Virus record (IMG/VR): IMGVR_UViG_3300029288_000091
From: an uncultured virus (IMG/VR IMGVR_UViG_3300029288_000091)
Taxonomy: Duplodnaviria > Heunggongvirae > Uroviricota > Caudoviricetes
Length of the DNA stretch: 64,000 nucleotides
Direction: 5' to 3' (one strand)
Part shown: in pieces, positions 53,010-62,827 of the stretch
Numbering within the stretch: position 1 is the first letter of the stretch
How the letters are laid out: each line of letters opens with the position of its first letter
Notes under the pieces: model-generated
The model's input: only the letters and a program-made list of their open reading frames with translations
Databases searched by the model: none
What the model was told of the DNA's origin: nothing
Program-made: the position numbers and the translations under genes

Positions 53010-53892
53010 ATACCATGGCATGAGAATTATCTTTATTTATTTATTCACACTGAAAAACCCAAGCAGCTTGCTGCCGAGCAGTTCACTTATATTTTTTTAT
53101 AATTGAATCTTTTACTTTAAAATAACCTTTTTTAGCCAATTCCCATAAAAGTATACCACCAGCAATACCTACTGAAATTCCTAAAAAGAAATCCATATTA
53201 AAAATGGACCCTCCATATATAGATTTTTTCTACAATTATATATGGATTGTTTAATAGAATTTTGCTTTTTTACATCTCTCTACAAATTTCTTAGAGTCTT
53301 CGTGAGAACATCTATTAGTTTATTCATAAATCCATTTTAAATATTTAACAAATTCTTCATTTTCCTACAAATCTTCTATTATACAAATTATTTTTCTAAT
53401 TATTTATTATCAAAAAAATATATAAATTTACTTGTGGTAATCACAACATATAATTACAGTTTCTATGCCACCTCGTTTACATGAAACCAATATGATGTTT
53501 CGAGAAACGTTCTTCGCCGTTTTTTCAGCAAAACATACATACAAAATTTTCGCTAATTTTTCACTTTTTGCTTGACAAATACAATCATCGAAATAAGTTA
53601 ATAATCGGAGGCTGAAGGGAATTATTATAATACTAGCAACCTATTTTTTTATAGATAAAAATATATTATTAAATTAAGACAATAATAATGAATATATAAA
53701 CAAATAGATTATAATATAATATAATATATGCTATTATATTCAATACATTAATTACTTAATAAAAGTATAGTATTTAATAACTGGTTATCAATAGAACAAA
53801 TTAAAAACACAATAAATTTATCTAAGAAATATATTATAAAGTATTAACAAATAATGTTAAAAGTGATACTTTTAGTAAAAGGCACGCTAAAT

Positions 53893-55728
53893 TCATTTGT
53901 TAATTTTATTCGAAACCTTTTTATAGTGCTTTATGTAATCTTTAAACTCAGATACTTTATTTTTAACGTTACAAAGAGCTGCAAATCTATGGCCACCACC
54001 TCCAAAAAGTTTTGCAATTTCTGAAACGTTTAAAGATTTATCGTTTGTTCTTAGCTTAACATTTTTTTCTTTGCCATATATTAAATAAACAGTATTATTC
54101 ATTTTCATTAAAATTGTCATGGCATTTTCTATGGATGTAATATCACTTTCATTAGTTTCAACTACAAAACCATTTTTATAATTATTAACTTTAGAATCTC
54201 TTATAATATGCCAAGTTTTTCTATCAGAACGAAAACTCACTTTTTCTAATATATCTTCTATTTCTTCATCTGAAATATTAAGATCGGCAAGAAAACATAA
54301 AACTTCGGTAATATTTTTTGAAAAATATGTATCAGTATAAGCTCCAATAGCAAGCACATTATCTTTAATACCAAACCATCTAAATAAAACTACAGCAGTA
54401 CTACAAGCATTAATTATATATATCCCTTTATCTGGATTATGTTCATTTATTCGATTAGTACCATGATGATCAATATTAATAATAGAAAGATTGCTTGAAA
54501 TTTCCCATCCTATTCTTTCTTTTGTACAATTAGAATCTAATACGATTACCTGTTCACAAGAGTTTAAATCATCATCATTTTTTATATCATTTAAAATCCA
54601 AGAAAGATTAGTTGGAATTGTTCCACATAGTTTAATTGAAACCTTTTTGTCATTTATTTTTAAATAATTATATAGTGCAACACATGATGATATAGCGTCT
54701 CCATCTGGATTTATATGTGAAGTAATTATACTATCTTTTAGAGGTATAAAATAATATTTAGAATACTTATCAATTATAATATCCAACTCACTAAATGACG
54801 AAACTATTTCATATGGATATCTATATTTTTTATAAAACTTTATTTTAGGATGACTATCTGTATATGAACCACCATGTATACGATTATCTCCCAAGCTATC
54901 GACTTCTAACAATAATTCAAAACCAGTAGTAAATATTATTCTAAAATCACAAGTCCAATTTTTAGATGGAGTTACAACTACCTGAGATTTATAATCTAAT
55001 ATTATTTGCTCATTCTTAAACTCAAATAGTTTATCAGCTACTAAACCTTCAGTTTGAGAATAATACATGTTTCCATCTTTAGATAAGTATTGTTTTCCCC
55101 AACCAGTTAAAGGCTTTATACTATCATAATTTATGCCGGCAGCTTCTACAGCATTACCCCATGAACCAAAAATAATTTCAGCTATTTTTTTAAGACGATT
55201 ATGATGTTTAGAAACGTATTTAAAATTAATTGGTTCATTATTTTTATAATAAAAGTTAATTATATTAATAATTTTTTCTCTTGTCCATGGTACGTTTATT
55301 AATATGTCTTCATAATTAATTCCAATATTTTCGATGGCGTTTTTAAGTGATCCAAAAACTCTAATACAAGCAGTATAAATTCCATTATATTTAGTTTTTA
55401 AAACTATTGGAGATAGATTTGAAACTGGTATTTCTTTAAGAGCGCGTGTAAGTGAATCTTTAGTCCACTTATTTGTATTCTTTTTACAAATATTAATAGG
55501 ATTAATGTTTGAAGCTTTTAATGCTTCATCCCAAGAACCAAACAAATCAACAGCAGCACAATATAATTTCTGATAGTTATTCAAAATAAATTTTTTATTT
55601 ATCGACTTTTTATTTTCATAAAAACTGGTTAGAATTGATATTATTTGTTCTTTACTAATTTCTCGAATATTAATTCCATTAAACAGATTTTTATACCTGT
55701 CTAAAACATTTGACTTTGTTTTTGTCAT
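53893..55728 (-). CDS. fusion: homing-endonuclease-associated repeats + PD-(D/E)XK domain + DHH/DHHA1 phosphoesterase
   Basis: FGSW/FGSL repeats x3; S..E...DF..LEVD; HINPDGDA, DHH, GGGGH. Confidence 0.82.
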   Translation of the reverse strand: MTKTKSNVLDRYKNLFNGINIREISKEQIISILTSFYENKKSINKKFILNNYQKLYCAAVDLFGSWDEALKASNINPINICKKNTNKWTKDSLTRALKEIPVSNLSPIVLKTKYNGIYTACIRVFGSLKNAIENIGINYEDILINVPWTREKIINIINFYYKNNEPINFKYVSKHHNRLKKIAEIIFGSWGNAVEAAGINYDSIKPLTGWGKQYLSKDGNMYYSQTEGLVADKLFEFKNEQIILDYKSQVVVTPSKNWTCDFRIIFTTGFELLLEVDSLGDNRIHGGSYTDSHPKIKFYKKYRYPYEIVSSFSELDIIIDKYSKYYFIPLKDSIITSHINPDGDAISSCVALYNYLKINDKKVSIKLCGTIPTNLSWILNDIKNDDDLNSCEQVIVLDSNCTKERIGWEISSNLSIINIDHHGTNRINEHNPDKGIYIINACSTAVVLFRWFGIKDNVLAIGAYTDTYFSKNITEVLCFLADLNISDEEIEDILEKVSFRSDRKTWHIIRDSKVNNYKNGFVVETNESDITSIENAMTILMKMNNTVYLIYGKEKNVKLRTNDKSLNVSEIAKLFGGGGHRFAALCNVKNKVSEFKDYIKHYKKVSNKINK

Positions 55729-55737
55729 GTGGTTTTT

Positions 55738-56004
55738 TTAATTATTAGTCAAAAATTTTCTAAGCACATCAGTGCTTTGATTCCCGATCAATCTACCTAC
55801 TTCTTGACCATCTTTGATTAAAATTACAGTAGGAATAGAACGTACTCTATATTCACAAGACTGTTCAACATTTTCATCTATATTTATTTCTTCTAAAGTC
55901 ACATCAGGAAATTCTGGCAGCAATTTAGATAGAGTATTTGAAAGAATTTTACATGGTTGACACCAAGTTGCATAAAATTTAATTAAAGTTGTTCCGTTAG
56001 TCAT
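55738..56004 (-). CDS. thioredoxin
   Basis: FYATWCQPCK, VRSIPT. Confidence 0.92.
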   Translation of the reverse strand: MTNGTTLIKFYATWCQPCKILSNTLSKLLPEFPDVTLEEINIDENVEQSCEYRVRSIPTVILIKDGQEVGRLIGNQSTDVLRKFLTNN

Positions 56005-56122
56005 AACAAAACATACCTCCAAGATAATTACATATCTAAGTATTGAATTATTGATAGGATTATTTTATAAAAAAATATCCAATTATTATACAATTTATAT
56101 ACAAATTAATAGATAAATATTT

Positions 56123-56425
56123 CTACTCAGAAGAGTATGTTTTTCTTATCTTTGATATAAGATCTTTAGAGTGTTTATCTGTACTACTTATATCTTTCTT
56201 ATCTCTGTTTTTGTTATTTCTATGAGACTTTTGCTTATCTTTTGGTTCAATTTTACTTTCACCTTTAAGAGAACATCCAGAACAAGAACTCATATTGCGC
56301 TCACCTGGGCATACTGGACACTCTTTAAATTCTAAACCATGATACCATAACACATATGGAGACAATGGGCAATAAAACTTCGAACGTGGAGATTTTGGAA
56401 ACTCATTTGTAATATCTTTAGTCAT
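56123..56425 (-). CDS. hypothetical Cys-containing protein
   Basis: ORF with AGGAG RBS. Confidence 0.6.
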   Translation of the reverse strand: MTKDITNEFPKSPRSKFYCPLSPYVLWYHGLEFKECPVCPGERNMSSCSGCSLKGESKIEPKDKQKSHRNNKNRDKKDISSTDKHSKDLISKIRKTYSSE

Positions 56426-56462
56426 CTTGACTCCTTATTTTTAAAGTGATTAATAGAAAAAC

Positions 56463-58055
56463 CTATATGCCATGGCAGTTTTTCCATTTTACCGCTTTTC
56501 CATTTATTTTTTTTCCACAAGGACAAGGGTCGTTTCTACCAATTTTTAACTTTCCAACAGCCCTATCAATAATTAATATTCCCTCTAGATGATCACAATT
56601 ATGTACTAATGTATTATTAGCAAAAAAATTATGGCAATCTTCTACTTCAATATTATATAAAGCACTCTCCATTTTTTTAAGATAAAAAACTTCTTTAATT
56701 TTTTTACATGATATGTCCAAAGGGATTTTATTAAACAAATAATTGTTTGATATAAATCTATATCTATATGGCAATTTATATTTCATTGATTCGTGTACAT
56801 ATTTTGAAATTAAATTAAAAAACCTCTCAGAATTTTTTTTATCTAAATGAAGATAGAACATGTCTTTTTTATTGACTAGTTTTTTATAAATTTTGAAATC
56901 TAGATTAAATTTTGAAAATAGAATTGACACGCAATTTTTAATGTCTTCTATTTCAAAACCCTCAGTATGGATGCTAGCTCTATCTCTATCTAAACAACCA
57001 TCATCCATATACCAAAAAGCTAAAGAAATTTCATTTATTAAATTAATAATATTAGATGCTTTCTTATTTGGAGTATAAGAAATTTCTCGTAATTTTTTCG
57101 TCTGTTCTGTTATGGGGCAATGTATAGAAAAATTTGTTTTTTCATCTCTAAAGCCGCTAAAACTTTTTGTTATATATCCACAAAATAAATCTTTTTTAAA
57201 CTCAGCATAGTCTTTAAAATTAATTCCATGGTTAAAAACTAATTCACCAGTTTTTGATATACACCCATCTCCCAATAAACAACCAAATATAGAAGACATT
57301 TGATCACTATTATAAAGTCCACACTCCCTTGTGCTTTTGTTATTAGACAAACGAACGGAATATTTACTAACCATATCTCTAGCTTGACAATATTTAATAT
57401 TAATTGTCGGAGTTAAAATATCTTCAATAAAACCACACAAATGATCTTCTGTGCATTTTAGAGACTTATGTGGAGAAGTTTTAGAAAATTTTAAAGAAAT
57501 CCATTTTTTATTTTCTATATTCATCTTTTTGCTCACGCCAATAATTTTCTTAAATTGCGTTGTACCACTACTATCAACACAAAGTACTCTACCATTATAT
57601 TTTGTTTTAATAACCCAACTAATAGTCTTTGGACCAAGTTCAGTATAAATTATTGATTGAGAAGTAAGACATTCATGTTCTATAATAGTTGCTACAAAAC
57701 CACAAGCAACAAAACCGGCAGGATGTAAATCATCAACAATAAAAATCTCTTTATGTCTTTGTGTATTAAAAGATTGTCCAGGTAGACTTAAACAACATTC
57801 GTTTTTATTTAAATACGAATTATTGCGCTCAAGTATTTTTGGATTAACAAGATCTATAAATTCATTAATTCCATTTGATGTATATCTAATTATAGCAGCC
57901 GATTTATTAATTCCAATTTGTGGTGCAGCCAACCCAACACCTGGAGTTATAGATTCATATAGATCTTTTTCTAACTTAGAAATAATATCTAATATCTCTT
58001 CTGGTTTTACTTTATCAGCTTTTTTTCTAAGTGTAGAAATATCAGTTACAATCAT
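56463..58055 (-). CDS. def: peptide deformylase with intein and C-terminal SEC-C motif
   Basis: GVGLAAPQIG, ECCLS, HE/CDH, GRNDPCPCG..KWKNCHG. Confidence 0.92.
   Translation of the reverse strand: MIVTDISTLRKKADKVKPEEILDIISKLEKDLYESITPGVGLAAPQIGINKSAAIIRYTSNGINEFIDLVNPKILERNNSYLNKNECCLSLPGQSFNTQRHKEIFIVDDLHPAGFVACGFVATIIEHECLTSQSIIYTELGPKTISWVIKTKYNGRVLCVDSSGTTQFKKIIGVSKKMNIENKKWISLKFSKTSPHKSLKCTEDHLCGFIEDILTPTINIKYCQARDMVSKYSVRLSNNKSTRECGLYNSDQMSSIFGCLLGDGCISKTGELVFNHGINFKDYAEFKKDLFCGYITKSFSGFRDEKTNFSIHCPITEQTKKLREISYTPNKKASNIINLINEISLAFWYMDDGCLDRDRASIHTEGFEIEDIKNCVSILFSKFNLDFKIYKKLVNKKDMFYLHLDKKNSERFFNLISKYVHESMKYKLPYRYRFISNNYLFNKIPLDISCKKIKEVFYLKKMESALYNIEVEDCHNFFANNTLVHNCDHLEGILIIDRAVGKLKIGRNDPCPCGKKINGKAVKWKNCHGI
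56598..57671 (-). mobile_element. intein (358 aa) with LAGLIDADG endonuclease
   Basis: CLTSQ start, CTEDH, GCLLGDG and LAFWYMDDG, YNIEV..HNFFAN..VHN then Cys. Confidence 0.93.
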
Positions 58056-58573
58056 TTACCATCTCCAACAATAACCATTATAATAGCATTACCTTCGACA
58101 GTAGCATTTGTGCTAATTATGAACTTTGTAGAGATTTTTCCAAGAAATTTCTCAAGGAGTTTTTTTCCAGTATCAAACATGTGTTCTTGTTCTCTACCCT
58201 TAAACTTAACTATAATTTTAACTTTATGACCTTCTCCTATAAACTCATCAATGTGTTTAGCACGATAATTAAGGTCATTATCTCCAGTATTCGGTCTTAA
58301 CTTTATCTCTTTTGTTTGTTGTTTTTGTTGAATAGATTTTTTCTTTATTTTATCTTGTTCATATTTATATTTACCATAATCAATAATTTTACATACCAAA
58401 ATATTATCTCTATTATTAACTTCAACCAAGTCAAGACCAGAAGTATATGCTTTAGAAAGCGCCTCATTTATGGTCACTACTCCCAAATTTAAGCCATCTT
58501 CATTTATTAATAAAACTTTTGTAGCTTTTATTCCATGATTAACATTTACAACTTTTACATTTGTCTGACTCAT
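58052..58573 (-). CDS. infC: translation initiation factor IF-3
   Basis: LDLVEV, CKIIDYGKYKYE, KEIKLRP, FKGRE. Confidence 0.93.
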   Translation of the reverse strand: MSQTNVKVVNVNHGIKATKVLLINEDGLNLGVVTINEALSKAYTSGLDLVEVNNRDNILVCKIIDYGKYKYEQDKIKKKSIQQKQQTKEIKLRPNTGDNDLNYRAKHIDEFIGEGHKVKIIVKFKGREQEHMFDTGKKLLEKFLGKISTKFIISTNATVEGNAIIMVIVGDGK

Positions 58574-58574
58574 A

Positions 58575-59609
58575 TTAATTATTATTCTCCTTTTTTATTA
58601 ATCTTATATTTTGAACAACAAGAACCGGAAATTTCTCTGGAGTTTCGTCATCAAACTCTTCAATTCTAAAACTTTGTTTTATAAATTTTATAGGATTAGA
58701 ACACAAATCTTGTGCAATCTTTATCTTATCAATTCCAAAATCTGTTGGAGGGTTTATATATACTTTAAAGTTTCCACTTACAAATGGATCATACCATAAA
58801 ATTATTTCTGGAAAATCTTTCTTATTTTTAACTATTTTATTTTTTATATTTAAAAATGTTTCTTCTTGTACTAATAAAAAGCCAACCCTTTGGTCAGTTT
58901 TTTGTACATGTATCCCAGGAATAATATATAATTGTTGTATATAATTATCGCTTATACTTCTCGATGGGCGAACAATCTCTTTATTTTTTTCTAACCAAAT
59001 CGCAGGAAAAGTAAATGGATCACCGACCACTTTAAAAACAGTTGGTTGAACCATATCAAGCATAATTAATTCTGTAGAAGTAGTTTCAACATTTTGTATA
59101 GAATTAATAAATTTTTGATCTTTATTTTTTACGGTTTGTTTACTAACAATATTAATTATTTCAGACTCATCAATATTATTTTTTTCAATCTCGAATTCAG
59201 GAATAAATACTGAACATAATAGTTCAACTTGCTTATTACTTAAAGAATCAATAAAAAGTTGAACTTTTTCAAACTTAATTTTACTTCTTACTACTATATT
59301 TTTGCCACTAATTGTTAAGCAAAGAGTTTTATTATTTAGTTTTGTATTTTTAAGTATACTTGCTGGAATTCTTATTCTGCCATTTGTAATATGTATTATC
59401 CAAATATTTTTAGAATTATCTTCTATATGTTTGCTATAAATTAAAAGCTCATTGTTGAAAAATTTAATATAAGCTATGTTATTTTTATCCCATCCTAATT
59501 GTTTAATAAGTAATTGTGGAATCTCAACTCTTCCATCACTTTTAGGATATGATATAGTTCCATGTTGTACAATCAAATAATTAAGCACTTTTTGTTTTAA
59601 ATCTTCCAT
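58575..59609 (-). CDS. hypothetical protein with N-terminal tandem AbrB/MraZ-like motifs
   Basis: SDGRVEIP and NGRIRIP. Confidence 0.6.
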   Translation of the reverse strand: MEDLKQKVLNYLIVQHGTISYPKSDGRVEIPQLLIKQLGWDKNNIAYIKFFNNELLIYSKHIEDNSKNIWIIHITNGRIRIPASILKNTKLNNKTLCLTISGKNIVVRSKIKFEKVQLFIDSLSNKQVELLCSVFIPEFEIEKNNIDESEIINIVSKQTVKNKDQKFINSIQNVETTSTELIMLDMVQPTVFKVVGDPFTFPAIWLEKNKEIVRPSRSISDNYIQQLYIIPGIHVQKTDQRVGFLLVQEETFLNIKNKIVKNKKDFPEIILWYDPFVSGNFKVYINPPTDFGIDKIKIAQDLCSNPIKFIKQSFRIEEFDDETPEKFPVLVVQNIRLIKKENNN

Positions 59610-59624
59610 TATATATCCAATAAT

Positions 59625-59652
59625 AAAAAGCCCCGATAATCGGGGCTTTTTT
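59625..59652. terminator. intrinsic terminator after groEL
   Basis: AAAAAGCCCCGAT-A-ATCGGGGCTTTTT. Confidence 0.88.
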
Positions 59653-59667
59653 ATTAAAAACATTTTT

Positions 59668-61275
59668 TTATTCTTTTGTTTTTTCTACATCTGATGGATC
59701 ATCGGCAATCATTGCTTCTGTAGTAAGTAACATAGAAGCAACAGAAGCAGCATTTTGAATAGCCGAACGCACAACCTTCTTTGGATCAATTACACCAGAT
59801 TCAACTAAATTCTCATATATATCTGTAGCTGCATTATACCCAAAATCCACATTATCTTCTGACATAATTGCTGCAACAACAACATCAGGCATACCACCAG
59901 CATTTTGTACAATTAATCTAATTGGTGCTTGTAATGCAGTCATTATTACTTCAACACCAGCTTTTTCTCCATGATTTAATAATGAATCTGAAAATTCTTT
60001 AAGTATAGGAATACACCTTAAAAGCGCAACACCGCCACCTGGAACAATACCTTCTTCAACAGCAGCTCTAGTTGCATGCATAGCATCTTCTACGCGGTCC
60101 TTTTTTTCTTTCATTTCCGGCTCAGTTGGAGCGCCAACTCTTATAATTGCTACTCCACCAGCGAGCTTTGCTAATCTTTCTTGCATTCTTTTTTTATCAT
60201 AATCATTATCAACATGTTTTATATCATCACGAATTTGATTTATACGAGCTATAATATCTTCCTTTTTACCAGCACCACCTATAATAGTAGTTCCAGTGCG
60301 ATTTACTACAATTTTGGTTGCTTGACCTAAATCTTCTATTTCACATTTAGCAACATCATTTCCTAATTCCTTAGCAAATAGTGTTGCTCCAGTAAGTACA
60401 GCAAGGTCTCTTAATATCTCTTTACGTCTCTCACCAAATCCTGGAGATTTTACTGGACAACTAAAAAATGATCCATTACGTTTATTAAAAATAAGAGTTG
60501 CAAGAAAATTCTGTCCAAAATCTTCTGCTATTATAAGCAAAGGCCGTCCCTGTTTAGCAACTTCTTCAAATAGGGGAACCAAAGATTTAACATCTTCTAA
60601 GCGGTCTTCATGTATTAAAACAAAACAATTGTTAAGATCTGCTTGACTCTTTTCAACATTAGTAATAAACCATGGTGTTATATATCCACGATCAAAATAC
60701 ATACCTTCAGAAATATCTAAATGTGTTTCAAAAGTTGGTGATTCATCAATAGTAATAACACCTTCTTTTCCAACTTTGGAAACTGCTTCTGCAATCAATG
60801 CGCCAATCTCTGGATCATTGGCACTAATAGAACCAATTTGTTCTATTTCTTCTTGATTTTGAATAGGCTTAGTCATTTTATCAAGATAATCTACAATAAT
60901 TTTAATTGCTTTATCAATACCCTTTTTTAAATCCATTGGATTATATCCAGCAGCAAGTAGATATAAACCCTTATTATATATAGCTTGAGCTAAAATTGTA
61001 GCAGTAGTTGTTCCATCACCAGCTTCATCAACAGTTTTCTGTGCAGCAGCTCTCACTAATTGTGCGCCCATATCTTCAAATTGATCTTTAAAAGATATAT
61101 TACGAGCAACTGTTATACCATCCTTAGTAATATGTGGTGTGCCCCATGATTGCCGCATAGCAACGTTTCTTCCACGAGGACCCAATGTTACACCAACAGT
61201 ATTAGCCAAAGTATTAACACCCTTTTGTACCAATTCCTTTACTTTTGCACCGGATTTAATAATTTTTCCTGACAT
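59668..61275 (-). CDS. groEL: chaperonin GroEL
   Basis: TLGPRGRNV, AGDGTTTAT, FDRGY, PGFGERRK, EEGIVPGGG. Confidence 0.97.
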   Translation of the reverse strand: MSGKIIKSGAKVKELVQKGVNTLANTVGVTLGPRGRNVAMRQSWGTPHITKDGITVARNISFKDQFEDMGAQLVRAAAQKTVDEAGDGTTTATILAQAIYNKGLYLLAAGYNPMDLKKGIDKAIKIIVDYLDKMTKPIQNQEEIEQIGSISANDPEIGALIAEAVSKVGKEGVITIDESPTFETHLDISEGMYFDRGYITPWFITNVEKSQADLNNCFVLIHEDRLEDVKSLVPLFEEVAKQGRPLLIIAEDFGQNFLATLIFNKRNGSFFSCPVKSPGFGERRKEILRDLAVLTGATLFAKELGNDVAKCEIEDLGQATKIVVNRTGTTIIGGAGKKEDIIARINQIRDDIKHVDNDYDKKRMQERLAKLAGGVAIIRVGAPTEPEMKEKKDRVEDAMHATRAAVEEGIVPGGGVALLRCIPILKEFSDSLLNHGEKAGVEVIMTALQAPIRLIVQNAGGMPDVVVAAIMSEDNVDFGYNAATDIYENLVESGVIDPKKVVRSAIQNAASVASMLLTTEAMIADDPSDVEKTKE

Positions 61276-61291
61276 CTTACCTCCGAGTAAA

Positions 61292-61771
61292 TCAAATATT
61301 ATTCATTAATTTATTAGTAACAGAATTAAAAGTCAAAACTTTTTCAAAACCTTCTTCTTTTGTTGGGACCTCTAAATTACTATTCATATTCTCGATGATC
61401 CACTTTGGAACACCACGAAATTTAGGGCGTGCTATATTTCTAGCAAGTGAAACTTTGAGAGGACAAGGACAATATAAAGCCCAGACCTTATATCCATTAT
61501 CTATAGCCTTATTTATGTATTTTTTTCTTTTCTTAGACTTTGGAAAAGTTGCATCAAAAACAATAAGTTCATCTTCTCGCTCAAAAGCTTCTACCAGTAA
61601 AGAATCAGCTTTTTTCCATACAGCTCGAGCTGCCAACGATGTCCAAGGGTTTTCTTCAGTATAGCCTATAAAATTATCTGGAGAAATAACTACAGCATTA
61701 GGAAATTCGCTAGCAACAGCCGTAGTTTTTCCAGCTCCAGGCAAACCCACCGAGATTATAAATGTTTTCAT
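61292..61771 (-). CDS. P-loop kinase (AAA_33 / polynucleotide-kinase-like)
   Basis: GLPGAGKT, SPD, VFDAT, RN..R...VP, EEGF. Confidence 0.82.
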   Translation of the reverse strand: MKTFIISVGLPGAGKTTAVASEFPNAVVISPDNFIGYTEENPWTSLAARAVWKKADSLLVEAFEREDELIVFDATFPKSKKRKKYINKAIDNGYKVWALYCPCPLKVSLARNIARPKFRGVPKWIIENMNSNLEVPTKEEGFEKVLTFNSVTNKLMNNI

Positions 61772-61863
61772 ATATCCTCTAAATATTTATTTCTAAATTT
61801 ATCATCATATTTTTCTAAGAACCTAATTTCTCCGTCCTTATGCAATTTAATAAGTTTTGTCAA

Positions 61864-62628
61864 TTAAACGCCGGTATCCTCTATTTCAAACTCTTCGCTA
61901 TCTTCAACTTTTCGAACAAGATGTTTAGAATTAGGACTATAATCAAACCCAGCTTTCATAAAAGCTGTTTTAGTAACTCTTAATCTATTATCTGGAGTAA
62001 CAGTGGTTGAACCAATAGCTACGCTCCAATCTTCATCATCAGTGTCTAAAGATAAACAAATCTTATTATTTTTAAGAGCCATACCAACAACATCACCAGG
62101 ACGAAAATCAAAATCCCTAACCCATCCAATTGGAATTTCTAATCTGCCATCCGATTTACAGTAACATTCAAGCTCATTTTTATCAAAGCCCATATCACTA
62201 TTATCAGCAATTGTGTTTAACACATGCTGTGAATCATTAAAAGTAAATATTGGAGTTTGAATAGGAACTATAGGTGGTGGAGGAAGTATTGGGTGACAAG
62301 TTGTTGGAGCCGGTACTCCATCAGATTTCTTAGGAGGAATGGCGATCTGTTTTCTATTAAAATAAGAATCTGGGCTAACAGAAACATGGTGATAAAGATT
62401 TGTTTTTGTCTTAAGTTCACTTAAAAGTTCTACATCTATAAGTGTTCTCATATAACCAAAATCATCCAGTACGCTATCAGCAAACATTTGTCTAACAATT
62501 GGCGCGATATCTCTATGTCTTGCATCAGAAAATCCCTCTTGCTTAACAGTATTGCTCACATCCAAACTAGTAAATGATACCAAGTCATTACAAAAAGTCT
62601 TAACAATATTAAAAACTTTATTTTGCAT
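61864..62628 (-). CDS. hypothetical protein with C-terminal tandem AbrB/MraZ-like motifs
   Basis: SDGRLEIP and DNRLRV after a Pro-rich linker. Confidence 0.65.
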   Translation of the reverse strand: MQNKVFNIVKTFCNDLVSFTSLDVSNTVKQEGFSDARHRDIAPIVRQMFADSVLDDFGYMRTLIDVELLSELKTKTNLYHHVSVSPDSYFNRKQIAIPPKKSDGVPAPTTCHPILPPPPIVPIQTPIFTFNDSQHVLNTIADNSDMGFDKNELECYCKSDGRLEIPIGWVRDFDFRPGDVVGMALKNNKICLSLDTDDEDWSVAIGSTTVTPDNRLRVTKTAFMKAGFDYSPNSKHLVRKVEDSEEFEIEDTGV

Positions 62629-62812
62629 ATCTATTAACCTTTCTTTGTTTGACGGCTTTTTTATAGGCTTCGTTTAAAATGCCAATCTGAACTATATTTT
62701 TAAAACGAATATCTCTCCAATCAAGTTCTTTATTTTTTTTCTGTTCCTCTTGCTTTTCTTTTTCTTTTTCTTTATCTTGTTTTTGTTCTTCTGTTTCCTT
62801 TTCTTTGTCCAT
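62618..62812 (-). CDS. small charged hypothetical protein
   Basis: Short ORF overlapping its neighbour. Confidence 0.5.
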   Translation of the reverse strand: MDKEKETEEQKQDKEKEKEKQEEQKKNKELDWRDIRFKNIVQIGILNEAYKKAVKQRKVNRYAK

Positions 62813-62827
62813 TTTATAAAAGATCTC

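Noticed and set aside
53400..53890. Replication origin in a long AT-rich gap
   Set aside because: No iterons or DnaA-box cluster visible; cannot be supported without skew analysis
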